Positions 37,059 to 49,344 of a stretch of 64,000 nucleotides of DNA are shown here, piece after piece. The notes under the pieces were generated by a model that worked only from the letters and a program-made list of their open reading frames with translations, did no database searches and was not told the DNA's origin. A program made the translations under genes and the position numbers. The stretch comes from Octopus sinensis (taxonomy: Eukaryota), in the NCBI RefSeq assembly GCF_006345805.1, contig NW_021832844.1, positions 124,001 to 188,000 on the forward strand, written 5' to 3'. The stretch's first letter is position 1, and the number at the start of each line of letters is the position of its first letter.

Positions 37059-37364
37059 ATGGATTTGAGGTTGTTGGTCACATAATTTTCTTAATATAGA
37101 GAAACTGACAAAACTTCTGTTCCAGAAGAAAATCTCCCACCTAACCATGCTTCTATAATCCAAAGAAAACTAAGGAGACAGAACATATATTTCGACTCAG
37201 GAGACTACAACATGGCCAAGGCACAACTTAAACCTGGAGTCGATAAAGATGCAGCTTTAAAAAATGCCACAGGCTCTCAGCACCCCACTCCTGCAGATAT
37301 TCCACGTAAGCTGTCTGACACTTGTATAATGGATCCCAATGTTTCAAAAGATAAACACAACTAA
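37059..37364 (+). CDS. ENSA: Alpha-endosulfine/ARPP19 family PP2A-B55 inhibitor, 91 aa, one 30-nt intron (37070-37099)
   Basis: Spliced protein contains 'IQRKLRRQNIYFDSGDYNMAKAQ' (Greatwall site), 'TGSQHPTPADIP' and 'RKLS' (PKA site); absent from the ORF track. Confidence 0.93.
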
Positions 37365-37494
37365 TGATTTTTGTTCTCTAAAATTTCTTTTTTATATTCG
37401 ACAAGTGATAGGGCAAATAAATTTTGCCAATAAATCTAATGACATGTATTTTGTAGGTTTTCTGCAGCGACGTGAAAGGTCTTGACTCTTAGGT

Positions 37495-38005
37495 CTTAAC
37501 ACAGTGGTCATCCCATCGGGTCTTCTTCCGTCCTCTACGAAAATCCCTGCAGGTTCCAATTGTGTGTGGAATCCAGCAGTTCGAAGAGATCGACAGATGA
37601 TCTGGTTCAGTTCGGAATGCCGTGAGGAACGTCCAATTCCGTTTCGACATGAGAGGGAGTGATATCCAAACTCGTCAGTCCACACGCCGCACCGGCATTG
37701 GTGTTTTTCATAGACGCGTAGACCGAGGCGCAGACAAACTCCAATTCTTAAGGCTTCATCATTAAGAAGCCAGCCAGTTGTATTACAAGGGTAACAGTTT
37801 AGCCATGCGCCGCTTAGGGGCTGGCTGCCCGCTTGTAAACAAGCCAACCTTCTCTGGTCCATGGTTTTCTTTAGCCATGAAAACGTATTGGCGTGGACTT
37901 TCGACGTCCACTCCGATTGGCAGGTCACATCAGATGGCAAATGGCAATCCCAGCTTTTCCCATACGACGACGCAATCATCCACAGCAAATGATTTCCTCT
38001 GTTCG
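37495..38005 (-). mobile_element. CRE-clade fragment
   Basis: 'SGAWLN...CRCG...HSLSCR..RHSELN...RRPDGMT'. Confidence 0.8.
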
Positions 38006-38008
38006 TTT

Positions 38009-40385
38009 ATTATTATTATTATTTGCAACATACGTAGAATCATATTAGTTATAATTTTACTCGTGCAGCATTAAAAACAATCCTTTGAACCAGCCTCCTC
38101 CAACCTCCTCTGTCGTGAGCGAGTTTCCTCAGCTCGTCCAGATCCTCACCACTCCTTAGCCTTTTTTTCACACATTTCAGGTCTCCGTCAAGTGTTTCCG
38201 GCAGCGTAACACGTGGACGTCCACGGAAGCTCGATCCCTCTTTCAGGAAGTAGCCCTCCATTGCTATGTTAGCTGGGGCAAGCATGTCCATTCGTAGAAT
38301 ATGGCCAAATAACCTCCACCGCATATTGACGATTTCCACACTCAGAGGGCCAGTTCTGCATCTATTGTATAGCGATTCCTGGTTGATTCTTATAGGCCAG
38401 TTCAATCCCAGTAGGGATCTAAGTTGCCTGCGGTGAAAAGAATCGAGTCCACGTTGTTCAGTACTAGACATTCCCCAGGTCGCCGAATTATATGTCAGGA
38501 TTGGTTTGACAAAGGCTTCATACATCCTCAGACGAAGTGACGTACAGAGTCGTCGTTTGCCGATCCACTCTTTCTTTATCTTGTTCATCGTGGCCCAAGC
38601 GAGAGCCTTTCTTCTGACAATATCATGGCCGTCCCCAAGTAGAGAACCGAGTTTGTTCGTTTTGCGCCAGGCTTCACTTGAGCTGCTCTCCATCCTCATG
38701 ATTTCAACGATGTCGGTTTTTCCAACGTTCATTTTAAGGAACCATCTGTTCAGCTCAGCAGGTGCCACTTCAAGGAGTCGAAGTAAGGCCGATTTGTCGT
38801 CTGACACGAAGTCGACGTCATCTGCATATACAATTTCGACGATATTGCCAGCATAGAATTTTCGAAGGTCTCGTAGTGCCGTCTCCAGATAGATCACGAA
38901 TAGCAACGGCGAGAGGGCGTCTCCCTGAGGGGTACCGACGTTGCACGTGAATTCACGGGAAAACGCCGTGCCGACCCGCACCTTGAGCTTTGTGTTCGAT
39001 AGTAGTACTCTTATCATATTGACAGAGTCAGGGTCCAGGAATTGTTCCAGTTTTGAGGAGTAGACCACGGCGTACCGTGTCAAAGGCCCTAGACAGGTCT
39101 ATTCCCAGGACTGTTGTTGCACTTTTGTATCTCTGGGTGATAGCGCAGTACCACTTGTGGGCCCAGACAGCATCGGCGGTGGATCTTCCTGTCCTAAATC
39201 CACTATGACTCGGGGATAGATAGTGTCCACTTGTTCTCTTATTCGGTTCAGTGTAACTAATCCAAAAGTTTCCGTAAGGTGTTTAGCAAGATTATAGGGC
39301 GTAGATTTTCGACAGGCCCAGCCTGCTTGTTAGGCTTTTGGATCGGTATTAATAATCCGGAATCAAGACCGAGGAATTCCTTTTTCATAAACATACCATT
39401 GAGTAGCTCCGCCAGTTTGTCTGTTAGTGCAGGCGGTCCGTATTTAAACAGTTCTGAATTTATTCCATCCGGTCCAGAGGAGCGGCCATTTTTAAGTTTG
39501 GCTATTGCAGTTGATACTTCACCGGTGGTGATAGGTAGGCTGAGATGAGTGGTGTATCCGCTGGTGTAATCGGATATTTCTCCGTGAGCGGTTAATATAC
39601 TCTCGAAATACGAGGCTATATATTCAGCCTGCTCTTTGGGATTTGTGATGAATCTTCCATTGCTGTCATGGATTTTGAGTTTGTTAGTTTGTTTTTTCCT
39701 GTTGAGTAGGCGGATTGCCGTAAACATTTTTGAAGAGTCCTTTAGCTGTTCAATTCCTGCAGCTATTAAGTCGAGTTTGTTAGTGAAGTTTGTCTTGTTC
39801 AACATTTTGATTTTTTTCTGGGTAGATGAACGTCTATTCTGTAAGATTTGTTTCTTCTTCGGATCAGATGTGTTTTCCAGTTGTAGTCTTAGCTCCTTTT
39901 GTTCTTTGATGAGGGCAGGGAGATCAGAGTGTATACCTTTGTTGCATAGTACTTGCGACCGAAGGCCAATTGCCTCGTCGGCTGCCAAGAGATCCCTTTC
40001 ATTGTCTCCGCCCAGGCACCTCCTGGAGAAAGTTCGGCATTTATGTTTCCAAGAGATTTCATGATTGACAGTTGGTAGTTGTCTCTGACCAGCGTAGATG
40101 AGCACAGTTGTTCGATTTTATGCCTTATCCTTACATCAGCGTTGGGCCCCCTTCGTCGTAGGTCAATTGATGTCTTCATAGCAAACTTGGCAGAGACAAT
40201 TTTATGATCACTGTAAGTAGCTGCACCTCCATAAGACCTTGAGTCTCGGAGAAGCGATTTTTCCCCGGCTCGACAGACGATGTAGTCAATTTGGTTGAAA
40301 ATGTTGACGGACCCTGCGGTCGGTGAGGGTCGTTGGCCAGTCCACGTCGTTTTGTGACGCGCGGGATGCTGGAAACCGGTGTCTG
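38009..40385 (-). mobile_element. RTE-like LINE (APE C-terminus plus RT), 5'-truncated, (TAA)n tail
   Basis: 'NQIDYIV...SDHKLV', 'LKNGRSSGPDGI', 'LRPIILL', 'GTPQGDALSPLLF', 'YADD', 'RWRLFGHILRM', 'RGRPR'; a frameshift near 39257; TAA repeats at 38009-38022. Confidence 0.88.
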
Positions 40386-40439
40386 TTCGTTTATATTTAT
40401 TAATAATTTATTCTAATTGAATCGTTTGAGCTTGTTTTA

Positions 40440-42165
40440 ATAAAACACTACAAATAACGAAAACTGAAACTGAACAACTATCAATTATCTGTTAGTATTT
40501 AAATAAATGATAAACTACAAAACTAACTGAAGCAATGACGTGGGTCACCTTTACGTGGTATTGTTTGAAAGGCGTTCTTACAGCAATTAAAAGACCTTCA
40601 ACAATCTCTAAATAATCCGAGATGACCGCTCTCAAATCAACCAATGTCGCAACTGGAAAATATAGTCATATTGAACGACCCACACTTACACACAAGGTGT
40701 GCTCTGAGACCTAACGACACTAATACATCTGCTCCCCATTAATCTCCTCTCGTGTAAATTGGTCAGTGATTTATGATCTTCCATCAGGCCATTTCAATTA
40801 TTCTTCTATCATCTCGGAACATTTTCCGAAAAAATATCATCAGTTGCAAACAGAAAAATTGATCCGCCTATCGTCAAGATACCGAAGCTGCCTTCAAAGA
40901 TTTCTTTGTAGGAGGCCATAACTCACTGGACTCCGCTATCCAATTCACTGGACTCCGCTATCCAACATCGACACTATTAGCGGTTGATAAGAGATATGTG
41001 ACAAAAAGATTCCACAAAAATAAAAGACCATTTTTCAACAGAGAAATAGTGGAACTCGTACAAAAAAGACGCTTAATAAAAAAGGAGCAATCGCACAAAC
41101 GTGTATGAATTGTCAGTCCTCAGCGAGAAAATCAATCAGATGATCGCAAAGCTTGAGAGAAAAAAATGGTCAGAATTTATCTCCTTTCTCGACCACAGAA
41201 CTAAGCTCTCGCATTTCTGAAGAGTTCTGAAAGCTATCTATACATCACAATCAGCGTGTTCCTGGCACATACGGGAGTTCTTTTGAAAGCATCCGAAGAG
41301 GATGGTTGTTGGGGACCTGAATGCCAAGCACATAGAGCTTGGGTTTAGGGTAACCAACGTGCATGGTTTGTTCCTGAAGACCTCGGGCTGGAAGTACGAT
41401 CTTCAAGTGAGCCACATCGAATCGACTCGCGAGGCGGATGAGACTGGCTAGGAATTGCTCTGGTCAGTCCTGGAATGGAAAATTGGGTTAGTAAAACAAT
41501 TTTACCGCCCGATATCGGAAGCGACCATCTGCCTCTATTGCACGAAATCCGCGAACCAGTACCTCAAAGGGTTCCGGGGTACTTTGACCTTCACCTCGGA
41601 TAAAAGATTGGGAAGGACGTCAGTCGACTTAAAGCTGAACAATATATCCGTTCCCTTCTGCGGGAGTCAGACGGTCCTAGGGGTAACCCTCGACATGCAC
41701 CTCTGTTTCTCCCCTCATGTGGACAACCTCCTTCGCAAATGCGAACATAAACTGAACATTCTGCGAACTCTATCTGGTATTTGGAAAAACGGGTCGCACC
41801 CGGTACTGGCGAATATCTACCGCCAGTACTTCGAACCCTGTGTTGCGTACGCTTGCGGATCATGGGGTCCCGGATATCGTGGTACAACAGGAGGCGAATC
41901 GAGGAGGCCCAACAAAGGGCCCTCAGATTAACCGATCGTTGGTCACTTGATAGCCAACGCCCCGGTCCAGCCTCTCTGGAAGACCTCATCAAGCTGAAGC
42001 TGGGCCCATCAGCGACTGCTCCGCCAAAAACGGCCTGCCGCCCTGTGCGATCTTGTGTGGGCTCGTGGAAAATGAGGTCTCTGGTTGAGTACATCGGGAT
42101 CACGTGACATTTGTTCGGTTTTTAGCGTGGTCTTGGTGTTTTAATAAATAAATAAAATAAATAAG
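40440..42165 (+). mobile_element. LINE remnants, including an internally deleted copy with (TAAA)n tail
   Basis: 'VVGDLNAKH' and 'IGSDHLP' (APE) followed almost directly by the RT C-terminus 'TVLGVTLD..LCFSPHV'; tail at 42143-42163. Confidence 0.7.
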
Positions 42166-44297
42166 TACCCCATATCCTCACATCTATGGACCTCCACAAA
42201 TTTTATAATATACTACGCAATTCATTACATAATCTCAAGTCCCCCCGTATCCTCACATCTAGGGATTTCCCCAAATTACATACAGTGAATCCTCGCAAAT
42301 TGGCCATTTTTGGTACATAGAGATTTTATGGCCAATTTGAGAAAATGGCCAATTTGAAAAAAATCAATATTTAAAAAATAAAATAAACACGTTTAAATTT
42401 TATTAAAATAAAATTCAATCCCTAATTCCTTTTTATTTGCTCTTTTTACATTTTCTTTGTATTTTCTTATTGCAGTAATCAGCGAAACATCATTCTCATT
42501 TTCTGCATTACAGTAAAGTTGCCTTTCTATTCTAGTTAATGTCTTTGCAATATCTTTTCTATCGAGTGGATATATGATTTTTGTCTCTTCGTCGCTAATT
42601 TCAGACTCTTGATCCTCTTGTAAACAATTTTCGTTTATATCTTGATCTTCTGTGTTTTCGATATTTAGAAAATCTTCGCTCATTAGAGGATCGAAAATGT
42701 CAGTTCTTTCAATTTCAGTCTCATAATGTTCAATTAATGTATTTTCGTGATTAGATTCATTTAAAATCTTAAAACAATTTTGAATAGTTTCAGTAGATAC
42801 GTCATCCCAAGCCATATTAACAAACAAAATTACATCTTTTAATGTCAATTTTTTGTATGAATTGTATACAGAATATTTTCAGTCTCCAGCAAATCAGTTA
42901 AGTACTGTAGCTTTCTTCTCATGAAATGAGTCTTGAAGGTTTTTATAATTCCAATATCCATTGGTTGTAGTAATCCAGTAGAATTTTTAGGAAAAAATAA
43001 AATCTTAATACAATCCAAGTTTTGAGGAATAGAATGTGCAGGACAGTGGTCTATTAGCAATAAAATTTTCTTCTTTTTAATTTTAAGCTGGAGATCAAAG
43101 CTAATAATCCAATCAATAAAAATAGATCCAGTCATCCAAGCTTTCTGTGAGCTATAATATGAGACAAGACATCCATAGTCAAAATTTTTAAAACATCTAG
43201 GCATTTTTGGTTTTCCAATCATCACAGGTTTCAATTTATGACTTCCGGTCATGTTTGAACAAAGCATAATAGACACACGGTCTTTAAAATTTTTGTATCC
43301 TTGGAATCGGTTTCTGCATACGCTTTTCGATGGAATAAGCTTGTAGTATAATGCAGTTTCATCCAAATTATAAATTAGATCAGGCTTATACGATTTAGAA
43401 ATTTCTTTAAATTCTTCACGAAAAGAATTAATGTCAACTACTTTATCTGTTCGCATCTCTCCATGTAATTTTAGCATTCTAAAACCGTGTCTCTTTTTGA
43501 ATTTTGCCAGAAATCCATTAGAATTTTTAAAGTTACTAAGTTGTAGCTCTTCGGCAAAATGCGCAGCCTTACACGATATTAAGGAATCATTCAAAAAACC
43601 ACCTAAAAATTGGTTTTCAATTAATACCTTTAGACTCTATTGTATCCATCCATTCGATCAATTCTTCAAGCGTAGGAAATTTTGGTTTGTGAGCAGCTTT
43701 ATACGAATTTTGATAGATTTTCGAATCCCGTAAAATAGAGTCTTTATTAAGCAGTAGATTATTGATCGTCTTTCTCGAGATCGTCTTGTGGAATAAATGT
43801 GAGAATCTGTCAGCCAGAAGCTGACACGAAACACTGTCATTTTCTTCCTTGTAGTTTATAATTTGTGTTTTTTCAAGAAAAGTGAGCCGAGTATAACGTC
43901 CACGAGAATTTTATAAGACATGTGATTAAAAAAATAGTTTATTTTCTAATAAAAAAAATAATAATTCAAAAATTGTGGCCAATTTGAGAATTGGCCAATT
44001 TACTAAGAAAATTAATTTTTTTCTTAGTAAATTGTGAAAAAATTGGCCAATTTAAAAATTGGCCAATTTGCGAGGTGGCCAATTTGCGAGGATTCACTGT
44101 AATATGTTACGCAATTCATTACATAATCTCAAGTAAACCAATATCCTCAAATCTAGGAATCTCCCAAAATAGCATAATATACTACGCAATTCATTACATA
44201 ATCTCAAGTACCCCAAAATCCTCATATCTAGGTACCTCCTCAAATTGCATAATATACTACAAAATTATTACATAAAATCAAGTACCTTCATTCCCTA
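42166..44297 (-). repeat. Diverged 74-bp satellite monomers in inverted orientation, split by a pogo insertion
   Basis: 42166-42282 and 44100-44290 read as the reverse complement of the main array monomer (tacgcaattcattacataatctcaagtacccc). Confidence 0.8.
42283..44099 (-). mobile_element. Full-length pogo/Tigger transposon with frameshifted transposase
   Basis: TIRs CAGTGAATCCTCGCAAATTGGCCA with TA TSD; HTH_psq, CENP-B-type HTH ('SNGFLAKFKKRH') and DDE_1 (NLDET, LIDHCPAH, QPMDIGII). Confidence 0.93.
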
Positions 44298-47200
44298 GCG
44301 TTCCCTAGATGTGACGATATAGGGGTACTTGAGATGATGTAATTAATTGCGTAATATATTATGCAATTTGGGCGTTCCCTAGATGTGACGATATAGGGGT
44401 ACTTGAGATTATGTAATTAATTGCGTAATATATTATGCAATTTAGGCGTTCCCTAGATGTGACGATATAGGGTACTTGAGATTATGTAATTAATTGCGTA
44501 ATATATTATGCAATTTGGGCGTTCCCTAAATGTGACGATATAGGGGTACTTGAGATTATGTAATTAATTGCGTATTATATTATGCAATTTGGGCGTTCCC
44601 TAGATGTAACGATATACGGGTACTTGAAATTATGTACTTGAGATGATGTAATTAATTGCGTAATATATTATGCAATTTAGGCGTTCCCTAGATGTGACGA
44701 TATAGGGGTACTTGAGATTATGTAATTAATTGCGTAAATATTATGCAATTTGGGCGTTCCCTAGATGTAACGATATAGGGGTTCTTGAGATTATGTAATT
44801 AATTGCTTAATATATTATGCAATTTGGGCGTTACCTAGATGTAACGATATACGGGTACTTGAAATTATGTACTTGAGATTATGTAATTAATTGCGTAATA
44901 TATAATGCAATTTAGGCGTTTCCTGGATGTGACGATATAGGGGTACTTGAGATGATGTAATTAATTGCGTAATATATTATGCAATTTGGACGTTCCCTAG
45001 ATGTGACGATATAGGGGTATTTGAGATGATTTAATTAATTGAGTAATATATTATGCAATTTGGGCGTTCCCTAGATGTGACGATATACGGGTACTTGAGA
45101 TTATGTAATTAATTGCGTAATTTATTATGCAATTTGGGCGTTCCCTAGATGTGACGATATATGGGTACTTGAGATGATGTAATATAATTGCGTAATATAT
45201 TATGCACTTTAGGCGTTCCCTAGATGTGACGATATAGGGGTACTCGAGATTATTTAATTAATGCGTAATATATTATGCACTTTAGGCGTTCCCTAGATGT
45301 GACGATATAGGGGTACTTGAGATGATGTAATTAATTGCGTAATATATTATGCAATTTGGGCGTTCCCTAGATGTGACGATATAGGGTACTTGAGATGATG
45401 TAATTAATTGCGTAATATATTATGCAATTTAGGCGTTCCCTAGATGTGACGATATAGGGGTACTTGAGATGATGTAATTAATTGCGTAATATATTATGCA
45501 ATTTGGACGTTCCCTAAATGTGACGATATAGGGTACTTGAGATGATTTAATTAATTGCGTAATATATTATGCAATTTGGGCGTTCCCTAGATGTGACGAT
45601 ATAGGGGTACTTGAGATTATTTAATTAATTGCGTAATATATTATGCAATTTAGGCGTTTCCTGGATGTGACGATATAGGGGTACTTGAGATGATGTAATT
45701 AATTGCGTAATATATTATGCAATTTAGGCGTTCCCTAGATGTGACGATATACAGTGGGCGCAAAAAAAATCCGGTTTTCTAATTTCTCTATTTTTTTATA
45801 TTGTGCGATATAATATTTTTTTTTAATCTTAAATTTTAGTGAAAAGTAACTCTTATTTTTTTATTTTGATTATTTTCATTATTTTTTTCAAGAGATATTT
45901 CCAATTTAAATTTACAATGCGCAAAAAAAACCCGGTTTTTTAAAAAAATGTCAAATTAATATTTAATATGCCGTCCTTTAGCCATAAAAACATCGTACAC
46001 CCTTCTCGGCATGCTGTTTATGAGTTTCTGTATTAGATCTTTCGGCATATTTTCCCAAATTTCGATAATTTTATCTTTCAGCTCATGCATATTTTTTGGA
46101 GGATTTTCGTACAATTTACTTTTAATATATGCCCAAAGATGTTCTATGGGATTAAATCTGGCGATTGCGGTGCCCAATCCAATAGTTTGACGCTTCTTTC
46201 GGCAAAGAAATCTTTCGTGATCTTTGATGTGTGTGGAGGAGCCATGTCTTGTTGGAATATGAATTCATTCAAGCACATTTTCGCAGCGGACTCCCACAGA
46301 TTATTTGATAATATGTTCACATAAGTTGCTGAGTTCATAGTTCCATTTATAATACTAGATTGCCTACTCCATAATACCCGAAACATCCCCACACCATTAT
46401 TTTTCCCCCTCCAAATTTAACAGTTGGAGATAAGTGCGATTTTTCTAGACGTGTGTTGTTGTTTTTCCTATAACAAAATTCCTTTTTTTTGTGATTAAAA
46501 ATTTCGAAACAGCATTCATCACTAAAAATAGTTGATTTCCATGACGTCATATTCAGTGCGATAAATTTTTTTGACAAGGAATATCGTTTTTCGATATTAA
46601 TTTTAGACAGATACGGTTTTTTTGACACACACGTGAATATATTTCCTTTTGTTTCAGATAATTCCCAATTGTTCGTTTTGAGACGATTTTTCCTGTCAAA
46701 GAATGAAGATCCTTTGACAGGCAACGGGAAGATTTTTTCGGATTGTCAGAAACAAGCGTCAATAAAGTATTTATATCATCATTATTTAATGTCCTAGGTC
46801 TTCCAGAACCGGACAGTCTCTGTGTTGTTCCATATTTTTTGTATTTACGTATGTAATCTCCCACTGTTGATCTGGGAATTTCTACTTCTTCTGAAATTTG
46901 TTTATATGTCCAATTAAGGAAATAAAGTTGAATAATTTGTCCTTTCACAATTTCTGAAATACACGACATCCAACAACAACAAAAATGACAACAATTTCAA
47001 ATTTTTGAGAATAAAAGACTCAATAATTAAAAAAACCGAGTTTTTTTGCGCATTTTAAAATTAAATTCAAGATATCTCTATGAAAAATAAAAAAATACTT
47101 AAAATTAAAAACATACTCGATTTACATTTCAAAATGATACTAAATTAAAAAAAAATAATATAAAATTTATATTGAAAAATTCGAAAAATAAGAAAACCGG

Positions 47201-49046
47201 ATTTTTTTTGCGCCCACTGTAGGGGTACTTGAGATGATGTAATTAATTGCGTAATATATTATGCAATTTGGGCGTTCACTAAATGTGACGATATAGGGGT
47301 ACTTGAGATGATTTAATTAATTGCGTAATATATTATGCAATTTGGGCGTTCCCTAGATGTGACGATATAGGGGTACTTGAGATTATGTAATTAATTGCGT
47401 AATATATTATGCAATTTAGGCTTTTCCTGGATGTGACGATATAGGGGTACTTGAGATGATGTAATTAATTGCGTAATATATTATGCAATTTGGACGTTCC
47501 CTAGATGTGACGATATAGGGGTATTTGAGATGATTTAATTAATTGAGTAATATATTATGCAATTTGGGCGTTCCCTAGATGTGACGATATACGTGTACTT
47601 GAGATTATGTAATTAATTGCGTAATATATTATGCAATTTGGGCGTTCCCTAGATGTGACGATATATGGGTACTTGAGATGATGTAATTAATTGCGTAATA
47701 TATTATGCACTTTAGGCGTTCCCTAGATGTGACGATATAGGGGTACTTGAGATTATTTAATTAATGCGTAATATATTATGCAATTTGGGCGTTCCCTAGA
47801 TGTGACGATATACGTGTACTTGAAATTATGTACTTGAGATTATGTAATTAATTGCGTAATATATTATGCAATTTAGGCGTTTACTGGATGTGACGATATG
47901 AGGGTACTTGATGAGTAATTTTGTATAATTGCACATAATATATTATGCAACTGGACGTCCCTAGATGTGACGATTATAGGGGTATTTGAGATGATTTAAT
48001 TAATTGAGTAATATATTATGCAATTTGGGCGTTCCCTAGATGTGACGATATACGTGTACTTGAGATTATGTAATTAATTGCGTAATTTATTATGCAATTT
48101 GGGCGTTCCCTAGATGTGACGATATATGGGTACTTTAGATGATGTAATTAATTGCGTAATATATTATGCACTTTAGGCGTTCCCTAGATGTGACGATATA
48201 GGGGTACTTGAGATTATTTAATTAATGCGTAATATATTATGCAATTTGGACGTTCCCTAAATGTGACGATATAGGGGTACTAGAAATGATTTAATTAATT
48301 GCGTAATATATTATGCACTTTAGGCGTTCCCTAGATGTGACGATATAGGGATACTTGAGATGATGTAATTAATTGCGTAATATATTATGCAATTTGGACG
48401 TTCCCTAAATGTGACGATATAGGGGTACTAGAAATGATTTAATTAATTGCCTAATATATTATGCAATTTGGACGTTCCCTAGATGTGACGATATATGGGT
48501 ACTTGAGATGATGTAATTAATTGCGTAATATATTATGCACTTTAGGCGTTCCCTAGATGTGACGATATAGGGGTACTTGAGATTATTTAATTAATGCGTA
48601 ATATATTATGCACTTTAGGCGTTCCCTAGATGTGACGATATACGGGTACTTGAGATTATGTAATTAATTGCGTAATATATTTTGTAATTTAGGCGTTCCC
48701 TAAATGTGACGATAAGGGGTACTTGAGATTATGTAATTAATTGCGTAATATATTATGCAATTTGGACGTTCCCTAGATGTGACGATATAAGGGTATTTGA
48801 GATTATGTAATTAATTGCGTAATATATTATGCAATTTGGGCGTTCCCTAAATGTGACGATATAGGGGTACTTGAGATTATGTAATTAATTGCGTATTATA
48901 TTATGCAATTTGGGCGTTCCCTAGATGTAACGATATACGGGTACTTGAAATTATGTACTTGAGATGATGTAATTAATTGCGTATATATTATTGCAATAGA
49001 AGGAGTTCCTGATGTGACGATATAGGGGTACTTGAGATTATGTAAT
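44298..49046 (+). repeat. 74-bp tandem satellite array (~44 monomers), interrupted by a Tc1 element
   Basis: Monomer GCGTTCCCTAGATGTGACGATATAGGGGTACTTGAGATGATGTAATTAATTGCGTAATATATTATGCAATTTGG; first two starts at 44298 and 44372; no unique spacers. Confidence 0.97.
45752..47219 (-). mobile_element. Full-length Tc1 (DD34E-type) transposon with IR/DR ends; transposase frameshifted
   Basis: TIRs CAGTGGGCGCAAAAAAAATCCGGTTTTCT with TA TSD; ORF pieces 46969..45956 with GSGRPR, IFSDE, 'TVKFGGGKIMVWGCF', QQDMAPPH and SPDL/NPIEHLW. Confidence 0.95.
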
Positions 49047-49344
49047 TTTGTTAAAGATTATCAATTTCTTCCCCAGATGGAAAGCTTCTGGCTGCTTGAA
49101 GTTTACACCTTCTTCATATCAAAAATTGGACTCCCTACATAAGTTTCTATTTGATGAGATCAGAAATATCATTACTGGAAGCAGTCAACCCCAGAGTTGG
49201 TTTTTTACCGGAATAACTTATCTTATTCCGAAAAGGATAATTCCACTGAAGCCAGTGATTTCAGACCAATTACCTGTATGCCATGCCTTTATAAACTCGT
49301 CACAAAGTGTGTAAATGAGAAAATTGTTGAGTATTTGGAAACTT

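Noticed and set aside
40922-40966. 22-bp tandem duplication (TCACTGGACTCCGCTATCCAA x2)
   Set aside because: Ordinary slippage duplication within a dead LINE.
44298-49046. CRISPR-like array
   Set aside because: Monomers are contiguous with no unique spacers, there are no cas genes, and the context is eukaryotic; it is a satellite.
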